A DNA stretch of 64,000 nt, taken from positions 62,001-126,000 of the forward strand of contig NW_027271917.1 in the NCBI RefSeq assembly GCF_040938485.1, given 5' to 3'. This DNA is from Diadema antillarum (lineage: Eukaryota). A program made the translations under genes and the position numbers. Shown here piece after piece: positions 50,303-64,000 of the stretch (within the stretch, counting starts at the first letter, position 1; the number at the start of each line of letters is the position of its first letter). The notes beneath the pieces are model-generated. The model was not told the DNA's origin, did no database searches, and saw only the letters and a list, made by a program, of their open reading frames with translations.

Positions 50303-52700
50303 TTAATGCTGATTTTTCATTGTGTATTTTGCCATTTTCCCCTCCTCCTTTCTGAAAATTGTTCATTTAAGTACATGTATTGTTTAAAGTGTCTATAACT
50401 CAAAAAGTAGCTACAATGTTGGGATGCTTTCTTCAGGATGATTGACCATTTGTGTACTGAGAGACCTTCCCAGCTAGCTACATGCATTCACATGCATTAT
50501 GTATGCGGATGTCCCATACGTAACGCATTTGTCCCATACGTAACATTATTTCAATGCCTAATAAAGAATATTCCTTTCACTGTTTTTTCTTTTTTCTATG
50601 GTATTTAATTTCTCTAAACAATAAATTAGAACTTTCCAAAAGGGCATTAATATAACCTTAGCAATTTCAGAAAAAACCTAAAAAAATGACCTCAATTTTA
50701 CGTATGGGACATGTCATGATAGGACACGAGCTAATTTGCATAATCATTTGCATAACCCCTAAATTTTCATACCAAGTTAAACTATTTGATGAACTTCTTA
50801 TGTCCACATATTAATCAATTATCATTTGCTTTCCTTTGAATTAATATGAATTTTTATAAATGTCCCATACGTAACGCTGTGTTTCACATTTATGCAAATG
50901 AAGCCCTTGAAATTTGCATAAATTTACGTAGTATAATTTTTTCCTCCATGGAAATCAAAACTTCAACTCATAAGCTTCAAAATAATACCAAGCATGTCAA
51001 TGTCAAGCAAAGATGAAATTTTGCCTTCTGAGGGGACCTTATCTTGGACTTGCCCTGTACGTGACAGAAGCATTAACTAAATCACTTGGCACAGTAATAG
51101 ACCAGTGATTCCATCATGGACATTGCATTGTGTTAATGCCTTTTCACTCATCAAATAATGAAATTAATATAAATCATGGTTGTAATGTATAATTCATATA
51201 GGATCAATAACCTGCATTTATATATGTAACAGAGAGACAACAAGGTTCTTCATTAATGATGCATTCTAAACATTGATAATTGAGAATAAAGCTCACTGGT
51301 TTACTGACAGCCTGCAACGAAAAATATTAAAAATTTCATTTGACTGGAGAGATGACTGAATATTCTATATTCTGTTATTTGTGTGTGTGCATGTGCGGGT
51401 GTGTGTTTGTGTGTATGATGGCAATCTTGTAAAAACCTTCTGGTACATCCATAACGAACTGCTTTCTATTTCAATTTACAAATGGATAATTCTGTAAGAT
51501 TTTCTAAACCTTTTTTTTTTCATACCAATAGACTTGCTTTGCATCTGAGAGAAAAAGAAGTCTTGAACTGCTTTGCCAAAATTAAGGGGAGAAAAGCACA
51601 GAAAATAAAATCATGGACTTCCAAGCCATATTCTTGTTTGTAAAACATAATTTTTCCTGAATTTCAAACACTCTCATAAAGAGACATAAGACAAAGAATG
51701 GAAACAGTAAACAAATGTTGGATAAATAATACTGACAATTCAGAAGGCACCACATGACGTTTAAAAGTAAGAGAGAGAAATCACACATTTTCTCAAAACC
51801 TCTCCTTTTTACTCACATGAGCTAACAGCACACTCATAGTTCTACTGCATACACGTTGCATACACCCAATTCTTTCCCCTGGCTGCTGCATATATGTAAC
51901 AATTCCAGCGATGACGATCTACGAGGCGGACAGAGCAGCGAAGGGGCAGAGCGGGCACTCTGACGATACGCAACGGTGACAACAGGGGTGTCATCTCGGA
52001 CATCAATTTGTGCATCATCTGTCACTTAGCGACATCACAATTTTTTCTCTCTTTCATTTCTGTTCTTTTTTTTCCTGCGAGTTGAGGATAATTCCCAAGG
52101 GGGGAAGGGGTTCTCCATTCTGAATAAGGGGCAGAGTATGGCCGCAGATGCAGTATCACTGCGGAGGAGGAATGAAAAAAAGAAAGGCCAGCCAGATTGA
52201 GGGGGGGGGGGGAACAGTATTTCAGTCTGATCTCTTTCTTTAAATACTTAACCCTCCCCCTACAATGTTCTTAAAAGAGCAAGCTGAGCTCTAACAATAA
52301 GAATACTTTGAAGAGAGAAAGGGGCAGCATGCAGAGTCTGCTATAATGTGAAATCTATATTCAGAGTATTAAAAAAACAATTCAAATATTAGTGAGAAAT
52401 AACTGGCAAGAGAAACTATTTCAATTTGACGGAAATGTTATACTGTAATAAAAGTGTTCCTTTTCTACACACACTTACATTTCAATCAACTGCAAGAGTG
52501 CCAGTTTTTCTAATACAATTTGTATCCAAATAAAATTCGGGTCTGGCCTACGAGGAGTCCAAACTACACATGATTTTCTCAATCTTAAACCCCAGCAACA
52601 TGTTAATCCATGATTCAAATGGCTGAGGTTTTCAAGCATAGAGTTGCTCCTGTGCTGTTGGGCTTTTCTTCTTTGAACTGAATAACAACTTTGAGATTAA

Positions 52701-53082
52701 AGGGATCGTACAGTTTTGGTTGAGACCTAATTTCAGATTTCTAATATTTTTTGGTGAGATAACGAGAAACCTCTGAGATATGAAAGAGCATGTAATTCTA
52801 TGAGGAATTCAACGTTTATTTGATGAAAATTGGTTTTGAAATGGCTGAGATATTAAAAAAAGAGTGATTCTAATAAAGTGTGGGACCCACCCTTTATTAT
52901 GATCACTTTGTTTTACTTTGTTTTTGGATATTTCAGTCATTCCAAACCCGATTTTCATTAAATAAACTTTGAATTCCTCTTAAAATGGTATGCTGTGTAC
53001 TATATCATTTTAAGTGTTTTCTTGGTATCTTGCAAAAAGTTTAAAGCCCAATTCTCATCTCCACCAATACTGTACCATCCCT
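52701..53082. mobile_element. 382-bp MITE with TTAA target site and AG termini (Kolobok-like)
   Basis: TTAA|agggatcgtacagttttggttgaga ... tctccaccaatactgtaccatccct|CTAA. 25-bp TIR with 3 mismatches and a one-mismatch TTAA duplication. Purine-purine termini with TTAA fit Kolobok rather than piggyBac (CC termini). Confidence 0.75.
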
Positions 53083-56000
53083 CTAACATGTCCAAATGTT
53101 TCCACATTTGAGGTCAAAAGAACATTGAACTAGGAGAGTTTTAATTGAGATCTGCTTCAAGTACTTCACTCCAAGTGCATTGCTGACAATTTACAACCCT
53201 TCTAATGACTTCTCTCGTGATACTAGGGTAAAGGAATACTAATCTTAAGAGAGAGAGAGAAGAGAAAAAGAGAGGAGAAAATTTTGAGTGGTACAGGAAA
53301 ACGATTAGCATGACAATTTTGGAGGTCAAGGTGTTGATTCAACATCGGCTGTTTAGCGAGTGTTAATAAACACTTTCTCTGCTGATTGGATTTGATGTGA
53401 TCTTGAGACTGCTACTCGAAACAAATCTAGTCCTTTACATCCTCTGCTTTATTCATTCCGGCGTATTTTATCTTTCTTTCTTTCTCTTTCTTTCCAGTCC
53501 TTGGCTTTTTCCCCCTGTTTGGGATGAAAGGGCGACAAGTTTTAACAAAATCATTTGTAGGAAGAGAGGCACCTCCCTGTCCCAATATGCCAACACGTGG
53601 CCATTTCCCTGAGCATACAAACTGTGGTGATATGGCGATGGTGGGGAGTCGAGAAGAGCAGGTTGATGAGGGGTGAAGGGGTGGGGGGGGGGGGGGAGTG
53701 GGGAAAGGGGAGGGAAAGGGGAGAAATTGGGGCATAGTATAGTTAAGGGGGGCAGGTCATCTTCAGCATGGGTGTACACACCTTGGAAGAAATCACAACA
53801 TTATCCACAGAATGACAAAAGGGGGTGGGTACAAGATGGATATTTTTGTAAGAGTTGGGAGGCAACTTTTGAGTAGGAATTTTTAGTTCCCTCGCTTGCA
53901 TCTGGAGGAAATATACAGACCTAAGTACAAGTGACATTTGTTTTATAGAAAGATGAGTATCACTTGTTCAGATGAACATTGACACAATCACGGCTTGATT
54001 TTCTGATTTTTTGATGCAACTGGCATATCATTATTGCAGGGTCAATCATTTTTGGAGGTCAGAGGGAAATACATTGTACAGGTGTACACCTTATGAATAA
54101 ACTTCACCATTAAATAAAATAATTTCAATTCTTGTTGATGCTGAAATGGAACAGTTAGATGTACATAACTGATGAAGCTTTGAAGAAAGAGGAAGCCCCA
54201 ACTGAGAGGACAGTATAATAAGCCCAGAGAAAAAGAGAATAGCAGAAAAAAAAAGAAAGAAAAGTCAGATAAAACATTAAAGAAATAGGCCAGGATATTA
54301 CTTAAAGCACAATGCCATTTCTGTGTCCGACATATCAATGTCTTGACCGCACAAGTCTAGGAAGTCTTGAAGTCAGGAAACGAGAGACAGCTATGGAAGA
54401 AAGAATGAGAGTGAGAGAGAGATCAGAAAAATGAATGACAGAAGGAAAGAAGAGGGACAAGACCCCACCTTACATCTAGCTTGGAAGGGGGAAGAAAAAC
54501 CAACGAAACTGAGGCATCATATCTCAAGTGCGAGAGATAATATCTGGCACACCTGCATTCAAGCTGAGAGTGCGGCAAATATTGGAGGTTGGTAACAGAT
54601 TGACGAAGAATTGGAGTATACTTGAAGAAGGGGATTCAACAAGGGTTGGTAGAGGGGAAGAGGGGGGGGGGGGGTCAAAGAATTGCTCAGGTAGAAGACG
54701 CAAGTGAGGTGAACTTACCCTGCACTTTTGCTCTTTTTTTTTAAAGGCAAGACACCTTACTGGTTATCATTTCCAGGCGGTGGTATAGATTCGATATGAG
54801 GTAAAGGTGCTGGGCAAATGAGAGGAAACAAAACAAGCATATCGCTGCACTTCTATTAAGATGAGTGGCACTCATTTTCATGCTCGGAATGGTTCACTCG
54901 GGCCGGGCGCAGGGAAGGGGACAGGCGAGGGGGAAGTGCACGAAGCAGAGGGAAGCCATAAAAGGACAGAGAGGGAGGGAGGGAGGGAGGAATCAATGAA
55001 CTTCTGTGCCATACTAACAATTCTTTTAAGCTTGCTTGATCATCTCTACGTCATCGATCTGTCCAATGTAAATGACCAGGAGGCAGAAGTATTGACAAAA
55101 AAATGTCTTCTTCCCAATCACCTCGTCTTCTTGCCAGATGCTGTCAACTGCTCCTCCTCCTTCCCACTTCTGCATCACTTTGTAACTTGTTTCCATGCCA
55201 ACAGCAGTCTTTTGCAATGGACACATCTTAGCCTCCCCCCCCCCCAAAAAAAAAAAAAAAAAATGGATAACGACAGACCAAGGATGCTAAGTGCATACAG
55301 ATTTAGACATCACACAAGTTGCATTTGTGTCTTTGGTAGAAGATTAAAATTTGTGCACATTTGTATGGGAGAAGGTATAAAAAAAAGAAGATGTGAATTT
55401 TACGTTGATCCGTAAGAGCTATTATATCTATCTAAATAACACTGGACTAACAGGGCCTGCCAAAATGAGGTGTGCATTTCAAATACAATGCACTTCTCCA
55501 TATTGTCAGCATCAACCTTTGTGGAGGGGGTACGCATAAAATATACACTCTTGGCCACAATGCCCTTCATTGCCGCTATATATTGCCTTTAGATATTATA
55601 AAGAAATGGTAATGATTGCTCATACAGTCCTGAAAGATGATGAAGTGATTATGCAAAGGATCTGCCGATGTTCAATTTTCTCACTGCCCATCATCTTCCA
55701 CTGCAGTCTTATCTATATTCTCCTGCAGATATAATTGACAGGGCAAGCAGATCTTGCCAGAAAATTTTAAAAAAAAGAAGATGCAGATTAGGAAGGAAAA
55801 AAGGCAGGTGGGGGAGGGGGAGAGGATGCTAGCACTTGACAAATCGTAACTACCAATTCGGCTGAAATCAGATTTCAACGATGATTATGTATGAAATTGA
55901 TTCTACAGGCTGGTCCCAATAAGCTCTTAACTCAATGAGCATGTTTGGCTCCAGGGCGGAATAACCGATCCTCCTTTTTTTCCCCCCTCGCTCCACTCTT

Positions 56001-59000
56001 GCCTCACATGCCTCCCTATCTCTCCCACTCTATCCCTGGATTCTGAATCATACTGGCAAAATTATACATACATTTCGCACCCTGGGGCAACGTTTCAAAT
56101 TGACTGCTACATTTGATGCAATTTGCAGCTCAATGGAATAAACAAGGATATTTCAGTTCGTAATCAATTGATGCTGCCTCCCCATGACACATTCCTCTTC
56201 TGTAACTGCACATCTACAAAACTCCTCATTCACCTGGACTTTAACTCATTTTCCTTCATAAACACACAAATAAAGAGAAGAGAATATGAGTGAGAAGGTA
56301 TTCGATACAAAAAAAAAGAATGGTGTAACTGGAGATTCATTCACATACTTGTACTTTTTAATACCACAGTGCAACAATAATGGTGTAGAGAATGAGTAGA
56401 TCATATAGGCCTACCTTTCTGCTTGCAAGCTATTCAAAGAATTAGCCAAGGATGCAAAAGAGTAATAAGTATGCAAAAAAATGACAGCCATTTAACTCAC
56501 AAGCCTTAAAGTCAAGATGATATTCCTGAAACCTGAATGTGTGTGAACATGATTGTGTGAGTGAACAGAAAGGGTTAAATCAAATACTAATGGGAAATTT
56601 CGGGGAACTGTTGTGAGAGAGTTTACCAAAGGCCTGCACATATACTTAAGTCTGGAACACTGCACCAATTCCCCCCACATCATTTTACAATGCACTAAAA
56701 TGAATGCATGGGACTATTGGAACAGCAGCAGTGTTCAGAAGTCTGCCAATTCATATTTTCATAGTCTTAAAACAACTGTGTTCTTTTCTCTAGTAACACA
56801 ATATCAGTAGTTAGTTCCTCACAAAGTCACAGGTCTGCTTGGCACAGATATGGGATTAAAAGGAAAGAGGGTGGGAAGGATATTATTTGGCATTCTCTAC
56901 TACCAATAAACAATATCACAACCTTCCCTCAAGGGATGCCATGCACATATGCCAATAAAGGACTTGAACAGTGATAAAACATATGCCCAAGGCCGTGTGT
57001 ATGCTTTAGCTGCCATAAAGTTATGTAAGATTGTCATTTGGCAAAATAAATGTTGACCAACTGTGTGGGTTGCTAGGCACAGGAGTAGTTTATGACCGAT
57101 CCAGTTTCTTTGTCCCTCTATGTCCAGTAACTGCCCTCTCCACAATATCCCATGTCCAGCATGAATTTTTCAATATATGACTGTATAGCCCATCTGTCGA
57201 CCATCTATTTGTTTTCTCTGTCATCTAATGACCACTAAACCCTCTATCTTGCTGTATCAACAGTTTTTTTTTCTTTTTCTTTTTTTTTTTGGGGGGGGGG
57301 GGAAATATATGTATATATTTACAGCAGTTGCATAACGTCGTACATATAAGGATACTTTGTTCATCATTAGCAGGAGACGTGATTTGATTTCCTTGAAGTG
57401 TAAATCAATTTTATCGTTCTTAGAAAACATAATGCATCAGCTTGAACTCATAACAAAAACAAAACCAACAGAAATATGCTTCATTACAGTGGTATCTAAT
57501 GCAATGTTTTAAGCCATTTAGGAGCAGGGGAGGGGGGAGGGAGAGGGGACATTTAATGTCCTCTCAGGTTGACAATGAGGCTAATTATGGCTTAGAAATA
57601 CAACTTAAGCAGTTGACATACAACATGATTCATTGGCGTATACTGGTGAAACATCAAAGTGTTGTTGTTCTTCCAGCTTTGTTGAGTGAACGATGCATCA
57701 AGCATGCGAAGAAAGCTGAAGATTAATATCATTCTCCACTCATAACTGCAAACAACTGCCATAAAAGCTGCATAGATGACACATGCAATTTCCATCTCAT
57801 TTTCAGAAATGTGTTGTTGAAAGGAATTTGAGGGTTTGCAAAAGGCAGCTTATCCAACAAAATACAGTCATTTGTACATCTTATAGCATTCTTCACTTGA
57901 GCCTAAAGACTAAGTATCGGTTAAAGTATCTTATAATTCTTCCTTCTTCTTTTTATCAGATCCCATCTCCCCTTTGATATGTTTCTATACTGGTGAAACG
58001 TCAGTGTTTTTTCTTTCTGTTTTGCTTTTCACCAATATTACAAAATCTGGTTGCATAACACAATTATTTTGCCATTAACTAACCAGCACCTGTTTGCCTT
58101 TGTAGTTTTTTTCTTTTTTTCTGATGCATTTTACACAGTTCCCATCAAAATGGCTTGAACGTTCTAAAACCTTAATCTCTAATTCTTGGCATTCTTACAT
58201 TGGCAAAACACAAAGGAAGTGACCACAACTTGGTAGAGTCCAAGGCATTGACTATCACTCCTCTCCCCCCCCCCAACCCCTTAGATTCCCAAGGAAACTT
58301 TTTGTATGTAAATTCAATGAAATCAACTATGTGATTACTCTCCAGTCCCCCCCCCCCCCCCCCATTAATAAAAGAGAGCCAATGAAAGGGTGGTTATTAA
58401 CTTATGGTATTTCCACCAAAATGCAGATGGTGTAATCCTCATCTCTTATCCTTAAAAAAAGCCAGGATAGAAGGTAACAAAAGGTCAAGACTGGTTAAGT
58501 TGGGGAAGGGGGGGGGGAGGATGGAGAAGATGAGAGATTAGTGAATACAGAAAGGAGTATATGAATTGATCTGACCAGCCACTCCCATGGAGTCATTTAC
58601 CTTTGTCTCAGCCAGTCATTCATTGTCCACAAGATCGCTGCATCTACGGTATGTGTATTGGCAAGCATATTGCTGTTTAGCAGGATCATACTGTCTTGTG
58701 CATTTCTTGACAATTCTGACTCACACTCTTAAATCCCTCCCCCTCCCTCTCCTTCCCTTCTCCCCCACCCCCTGCACCTCCTTTACTCCCCTTCCCTCTC
58801 CCTCCTCAACCCCCCCCCCCAAAAAAAAAAAGAAGAGAAATCCATGTAAGCACATAATGTTAATTCATGCACCTGCATGACAACGGATGTCAGCGCAAAA
58901 GTTTTAGGGTTTTACTCAAGTATTTCCTCTGGGTTCTTCCATTATGATACTGACCAATATAGTGGCCACCCTTGACTGAGCAAGCATTAAGGCAGAGAAA

Positions 59001-62000
59001 TTCTGGCCCGTGGTGAGGATATCTCTGGGTGTGCTTGTGCGGCTTATAAATGTCAATATATAATTGACCAATCTCACTGTATATCCTTTGTCAGGCACCA
59101 CCGATCTGAGAGAAAAGGGGGGGGGGGGGTATTATTTTGCAGACAAAAGGGAGGTACCTCCAAGGTTCTACTTGTTACTAGGCAGATCACAACAATACAG
59201 CCGGCCATTTTATCATACTGATATCTTAGCCAAGTATGGATGGCTTGATCAAGGCTATTCAGGGAGTAGTTATCATGCATCTTGCAACTAGGCTCAAAGA
59301 TAACACACAAACATCTTGGCTGCCCAACAATAAAAAGATGAAGAAAAAGATAGCGAAAAAATGAAGCCAGTTATCATGTGACGTTGGCACGTAACATGAT
59401 TTTTCCCCCTCTCTTTTTCCTACAGGAGATCCCTGTACATTTTCATGTTTGCTAAGGAACATGATGTATATGAAGAAAATTGATTAACCATTCTACTCTC
59501 TAGTCATGAGTTTCAAATAAAATCAAGTACTTTTGAGTGCATACATTTGCAGTATGCTAAATGGTGATCGACAAGATACAAAAATGTCCATGAAAACAAC
59601 TTATGAATATGATTTGCAGTATAGACATATGTTACTCACATTCAAATATATGGCTGCACAATGTATCTCCATCTATCAACAGACTATATTCATATTGTCA
59701 TGAGAATTGGCAGCAAATTTTTCAGATTGTTCAGCAAAACTTGAAGCCAGTCATTTGGAAAGACAAGGCACTTGATTCTTTTACTTGGCATCACTGAGTG
59801 GAAAGAAAGACCATGACCGACTTTTACCACGAAAAATCTTGCTTCCTTGGTGTGGTCAAATTCTTATGGAAATGATATCACATCATTCTTTGTGGAACAA
59901 CTCATATAATTTCCTTGTAGTTAAGAGTCACTCTTTAATCATGACATACATAACAAATATTCATATTACACACACCCTCTAACACACACACCAAAAAAAA
60001 TACTCAACACTGATGTTTTTTTAAACAAATCCTGCATTCATACCCACATGTGGTCAGTGATGCACAACATGAAGGAAGAAAGGAGTAGGGTCAAAGACAG
60101 AAATGGACACTTCATAAACAAGTGACCAAGGGTGATCAACCGGCAGTGGTCAGAGCAGCAGATCAATGGAACAAAATGACCCTCTGGACAGTCTGAAAGG
60201 AAAGATGGCCGCCAGGAATGACAGTCTTCTGCAGAATCTCCATTGTCTGACGTCAAATTGAAGGTCCGGCATCTTCACCCTTTGATCCGCCGTGAATGGA
60301 TTATGAGCCATCTTTCTTCTATCCCACCCATCTCTTCCATGCCATAATGACAACTGCCTCCCCATTTGTGTTGTTACACAATAGCTAGAAAAAAAAAACT
60401 GAGAGAAAAAAAAAAGATGACACATAGTTGTAAATTTCTAAATCTTGACGTTTTTCAGTCCAGAGCCAACATTGTGCATACCTCGCAAGATTTGTTCTTG
60501 CATGTTTCATATTAGTCATAATGGCTTTTCAGTCGCTGCTTCTACCTTGCCAATCTTTCTCAGTGTCAGTTGAGAGCTGTACTGCATTAGTCTTACCAAG
60601 ATTAAAGACAGAGAAAACTTCATAGCATGTCTCCTGTCAATTGTTTTCTCTCCAATGCTAAGACATCAAATTAAGTCCCATGTGCTGACACACATGAAAA
60701 AAACAAAATCACAGATCCTGACCACTTTTAAAGGTGACTGCCAACCTTGAACGAAACATCTTCAAGGGAAACTCTGCTTCGTTTAAACTGACTTGGATTT
60801 TTAAAAATGCTTTATGTTTAAACTAAATTTGATTTAAATATTGTATTACGTATAAACTTACTTTAATTATTTAAAAAAATTAAGCCAAAGAAACATAATA
60901 GTGAAAGTTTGCTTAATACAATCAGACAACAACAAAACAAATGGAATTTGGAAGCTTAGAACATGTATAAATGATAGTCGAATTGGTCACAATTACAATA
61001 CAACTTACGCAAAGGCAATGATGTCACATGATTAACCACATCGTTTGTATTCTAAGATATCAAACAATCATTCTTTGGAATTATTCTGATGATTCACCTA
61101 AAACACACAATCAAATTCCCCTCTGCACAGTAATTGTTACACTAAATTGTTCAATCTTTCAGATTAATTTATATATCACAGATATGTCAACAATCTCTTC
61201 TTGAATTTATGAGGGAAACAGATTTGGCATCATCACCTCATCTAAAAATTTGTATTTCTGGTGACTGATGAATATCACTTTTCTGGCAAAACATTAAAAC
61301 ATTTAGAAATACACAACTTTCCTGTTTCTTGTCAGACTTCAATGAAAATGTAACCAGTCTATTTGTTTGATTCTACTTGTCACGGACAACTTGAACATCC
61401 ATCAAGTTTTTACTTCAATATAGGGCCACGCAGAGCTAATACACACCAAGTGATGTATGTTATGTAGAGGGTAGCAAGTTAACCTACATGTACAAGAACG
61501 TGTACATGTAGTGCAAGTTCAAGTTACTGCATACATGACATATGGACTTAAACAGGAACAAAAAAAAAAAGTCTCCGATAATCTGCAACTGCACTGGCGC
61601 TCTTTTCACAGCTAGTGTTGTGACATCCACAATGACACCACAGATCCTGCCACTTTCCCTTGCTACATTCTGCACAAACTTGTGCACCAAGTCGACAAGG
61701 GGCATTATTAACATCAGGCCAACAAGATCACAAGCAACATCCCAGAAATGAAGACGATATGGGAACGGAAGCGATCCAATCGATGTTTGGGTCGGGGGTG
61801 TTGGGGGGGGGGGGGCTGAGTGAAAGAGCGGAGGATTGAAATTCATAATGCATTATCTTGCCAAGTCGCATCACAAATTTGGTGATCGAACGGCGTCAAT
61901 CGCTCCTCACTCCCTCCCTCGTAAAAAAAACAGACAGTTTCACTCAGTTGATAGGACAAGCATCATATGGGCCCAGGAAGCGGGCCTACACACTGCACTA

Positions 62001-63691
62001 TGAGGAAAGACATCTGCCTAAGCAATATCATTTTCTATCTTTCAGCATTGCCCAAACAAGATGCTAACAGCTGGTATCGCTGAGCCCACTCAAAATGAAA
62101 AAAAAAAAATTATTTTAAAGAGTAATGTGGCCATACACTTGCACGTACTGCTCACATGTTAGTACAATGTATGGTAGTATACAGTAGAGACTACCGGGTA
62201 GTTTTTCGCAAACAAAGGGGGGTTCTCATTATATAATGATTGCTGAGATTAATTAAAACAACTGTTCTAGGAGCCCTTTATTAGTGATTCAATGATGGCC
62301 AGTTTGCATGCTTTCAGCTTGAGGGATAGGATGATGTTTTATTTGTTGCCAGAAACTTTTAATGATGTTCAAATACTGCATAGGAATATGTGTATTATAG
62401 ATTCATCTGAATACAACAGGAAAACAAAATACTTTTTTTTTCTACATATATCATAAATGAAAGCTGCAATTCTATTGTTAGAAGAATTTGAGGAAGAAAA
62501 TCACACTATTAAGCTAAACGAGTTAGTTGACACATATCAGTTGCAACAGTTGATGGTGAATAATCTCATAGGCAATCTTCAGGAAAATGATTCAACAGGT
62601 GAGCAAATATGACAGCCAACATGTGTGTGATGGAAAGAAATAGACGAAATAATTTGACATCCATCCGCGCTCACATTCCAAACCCGAACTGAACACGTAA
62701 CAAGCTTTATGCTGCATACCCATTTCTTGCTGTGGTGCTAGAGCATTCAATTACAGGGTTCAGATTTTCCAACGATTAATTAACAGGCTCGTGGAAACTT
62801 GAGAGTTGGGCGGCCACTGATTAAGAAGTGTTCCCCTGCGCTGGCTAAACCCCACGAAGTGCATGCACTGATCTCTCCTCTCCAATTACATCTTTAACCT
62901 AATTAGGAAGCATATCATGCCTTATCAATTTCATCTGCATGTCGAGATACTCAATAATATCTGGAGCACTAAATATGTTTCCTCCGTTTAACAGCTAGAA
63001 CAGGCTGTCGCAGATACAGTTACGCACTCTTCCTGAAGTCTGAGGTGCTCGTTTGCACTGTCCCACAAATTGCCAAACTATCCTGAAGTACCAGTCGGGG
63101 TTGTTAAAAGAGCCGAGTGGGGTTCCACATGAATAACTACAGCAACTAAAAGCAACTGGATCTATTTGGCTCATCCATGCTGTGCTATTCCACAGATGTA
63201 CTTCCCTTTTTATGGGTGCAGAACTAAAAAGGGAAGGGAACCCAGTCTTCTCTGTCGTATCCCCTTGACCCTACAAGATTTACTGAAATATCTTCTGATT
63301 TTTTTTAAAAAAATATGTATTCACTCTTTTCCTTTCCTTTACACACACTCTTTCTCTTTTTACTACACCTTGTTTCACTCTATTCACACAAATCTGTTGG
63401 ACGAAATACAAATTAATCAATAACAATTTACTTTAGTTTTCCACTGATGTTAAAATTCAAAATTCACTGTGAATTTTCTCCCTATAGATATGATGTGTAC
63501 ACTTTGACACAAGAATTCACAATTTGTAGCAAAATTCCCTCTCTGCTGTACAAAAATGTGACAATGTCTGAAAGAAAAAAAATTTCTCATCCTCCACATT
63601 TTTGATGTCCTATTGAGTGGTGATGCAGAATTCATAAAAATGTCCAGTGTGGCTCCACTATCATATCACATACAATTCCGTAACATCAATT

Positions 63692-63766
63692 CTATTTATT
63701 TCCATTTTATTTCAACAGGGTAGCCCTTTTTAATAGTTAACTAACTGCTCTATCAAGAGGCCCTGT
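63692..63766 (-). mobile_element. Possible 5'-truncated LINE 3' tail (L2/CR1-like)
   Basis: Minus strand cagggcctcttgatagagcag...aagggctaccctg followed by an aaataaaatggaaataaata tail, resembling a stem-loop plus short-repeat tail. Resemblance only. Confidence 0.35.
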
Positions 63767-64000
63767 ACAATTTTGCTGAGAATATGTTAACAACAGCGTT
63801 AACAGCCTAGTCACCATTTCTTTTCATTGCAAATCATATTTCAACATGCATCACGATAATATCATACATATCTGATCAATAGATATGTCGGCCTGGAGAT
63901 GCAGAAGACGTATGATCCTCAAACAAAATACGACGTCATGAAACAGAGAGGATGTTGCACACACATCTGTGAGTTCACTTACTTTAGAAAAAAAAACTGC

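Larger units (their letters stand above)
49307..51057. mobile_element. Composite non-autonomous DNA transposon with repeated 15-bp subterminal motif; family unassigned, left boundary uncertain
   Basis: Six copies of TGTCCCATACGTAAC or its reverse complement at 49336-49350, 49351-49365, 50510-50524, 50530-50544, 50698-50711 (14 bp) and 50861-50875. Possible ends are TA|CAGG (49307) and CCTG|TA (51057). No ORF. Confidence 0.6.

Noticed and set aside
49336-50875. Repeated 15-mer as a CRISPR-like array
   Set aside because: Eukaryotic context, mixed orientation, irregular spacing and no cas genes.
54711-54760. Strong minus-strand donor CAGG|GTAAGT
   Set aside because: No upstream ATG frame or promoter context; isolated consensus donors are common by chance.
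60728-61000. TTAA|AGGTGAC start suggesting another Kolobok-like element
   Set aside because: No matching inverted terminus was found nearby.

Overview
Eukaryotic, AT-rich animal genomic DNA; not prokaryotic, with no CRISPR array, rRNA or intact tRNA seen. It is probably an invertebrate deuterostome such as a sea urchin, inferred from the SALL sequence, the abundant poly-G/poly-C strings and the repeat types. The only supportable protein-coding gene is spalt/SALL on the minus strand. One 3.9-kb coding exon (7082->3145) holds the N-terminal C2HC finger, the Q-rich helix plus polyQ, and all four SAL zinc-finger clusters, followed by a ~2.6-kb 3' UTR. The exon opens at a phase-1 splice acceptor, and I could not find the canonical MSRRKQxKP first exon in the 57 kb upstream. 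The rest of the window therefore looks like a very large first intron or regulatory desert. It contains candidate enhancers, a candidate phase-compatible alternative first exon at ~20.2 kb, two TA-flanked MITEs, a Helentron-type non-autonomous element carrying clusters of nuclear-receptor direct repeats next to a decayed L1/Tx1-like relic, a nested DNA-transposon composite with a de novo palindrome, a TTAA-type MITE, microsatellites and at least 25 G/C homopolymer tracts. All repeat-family and regulatory assignments are by-eye and unverified by database search.
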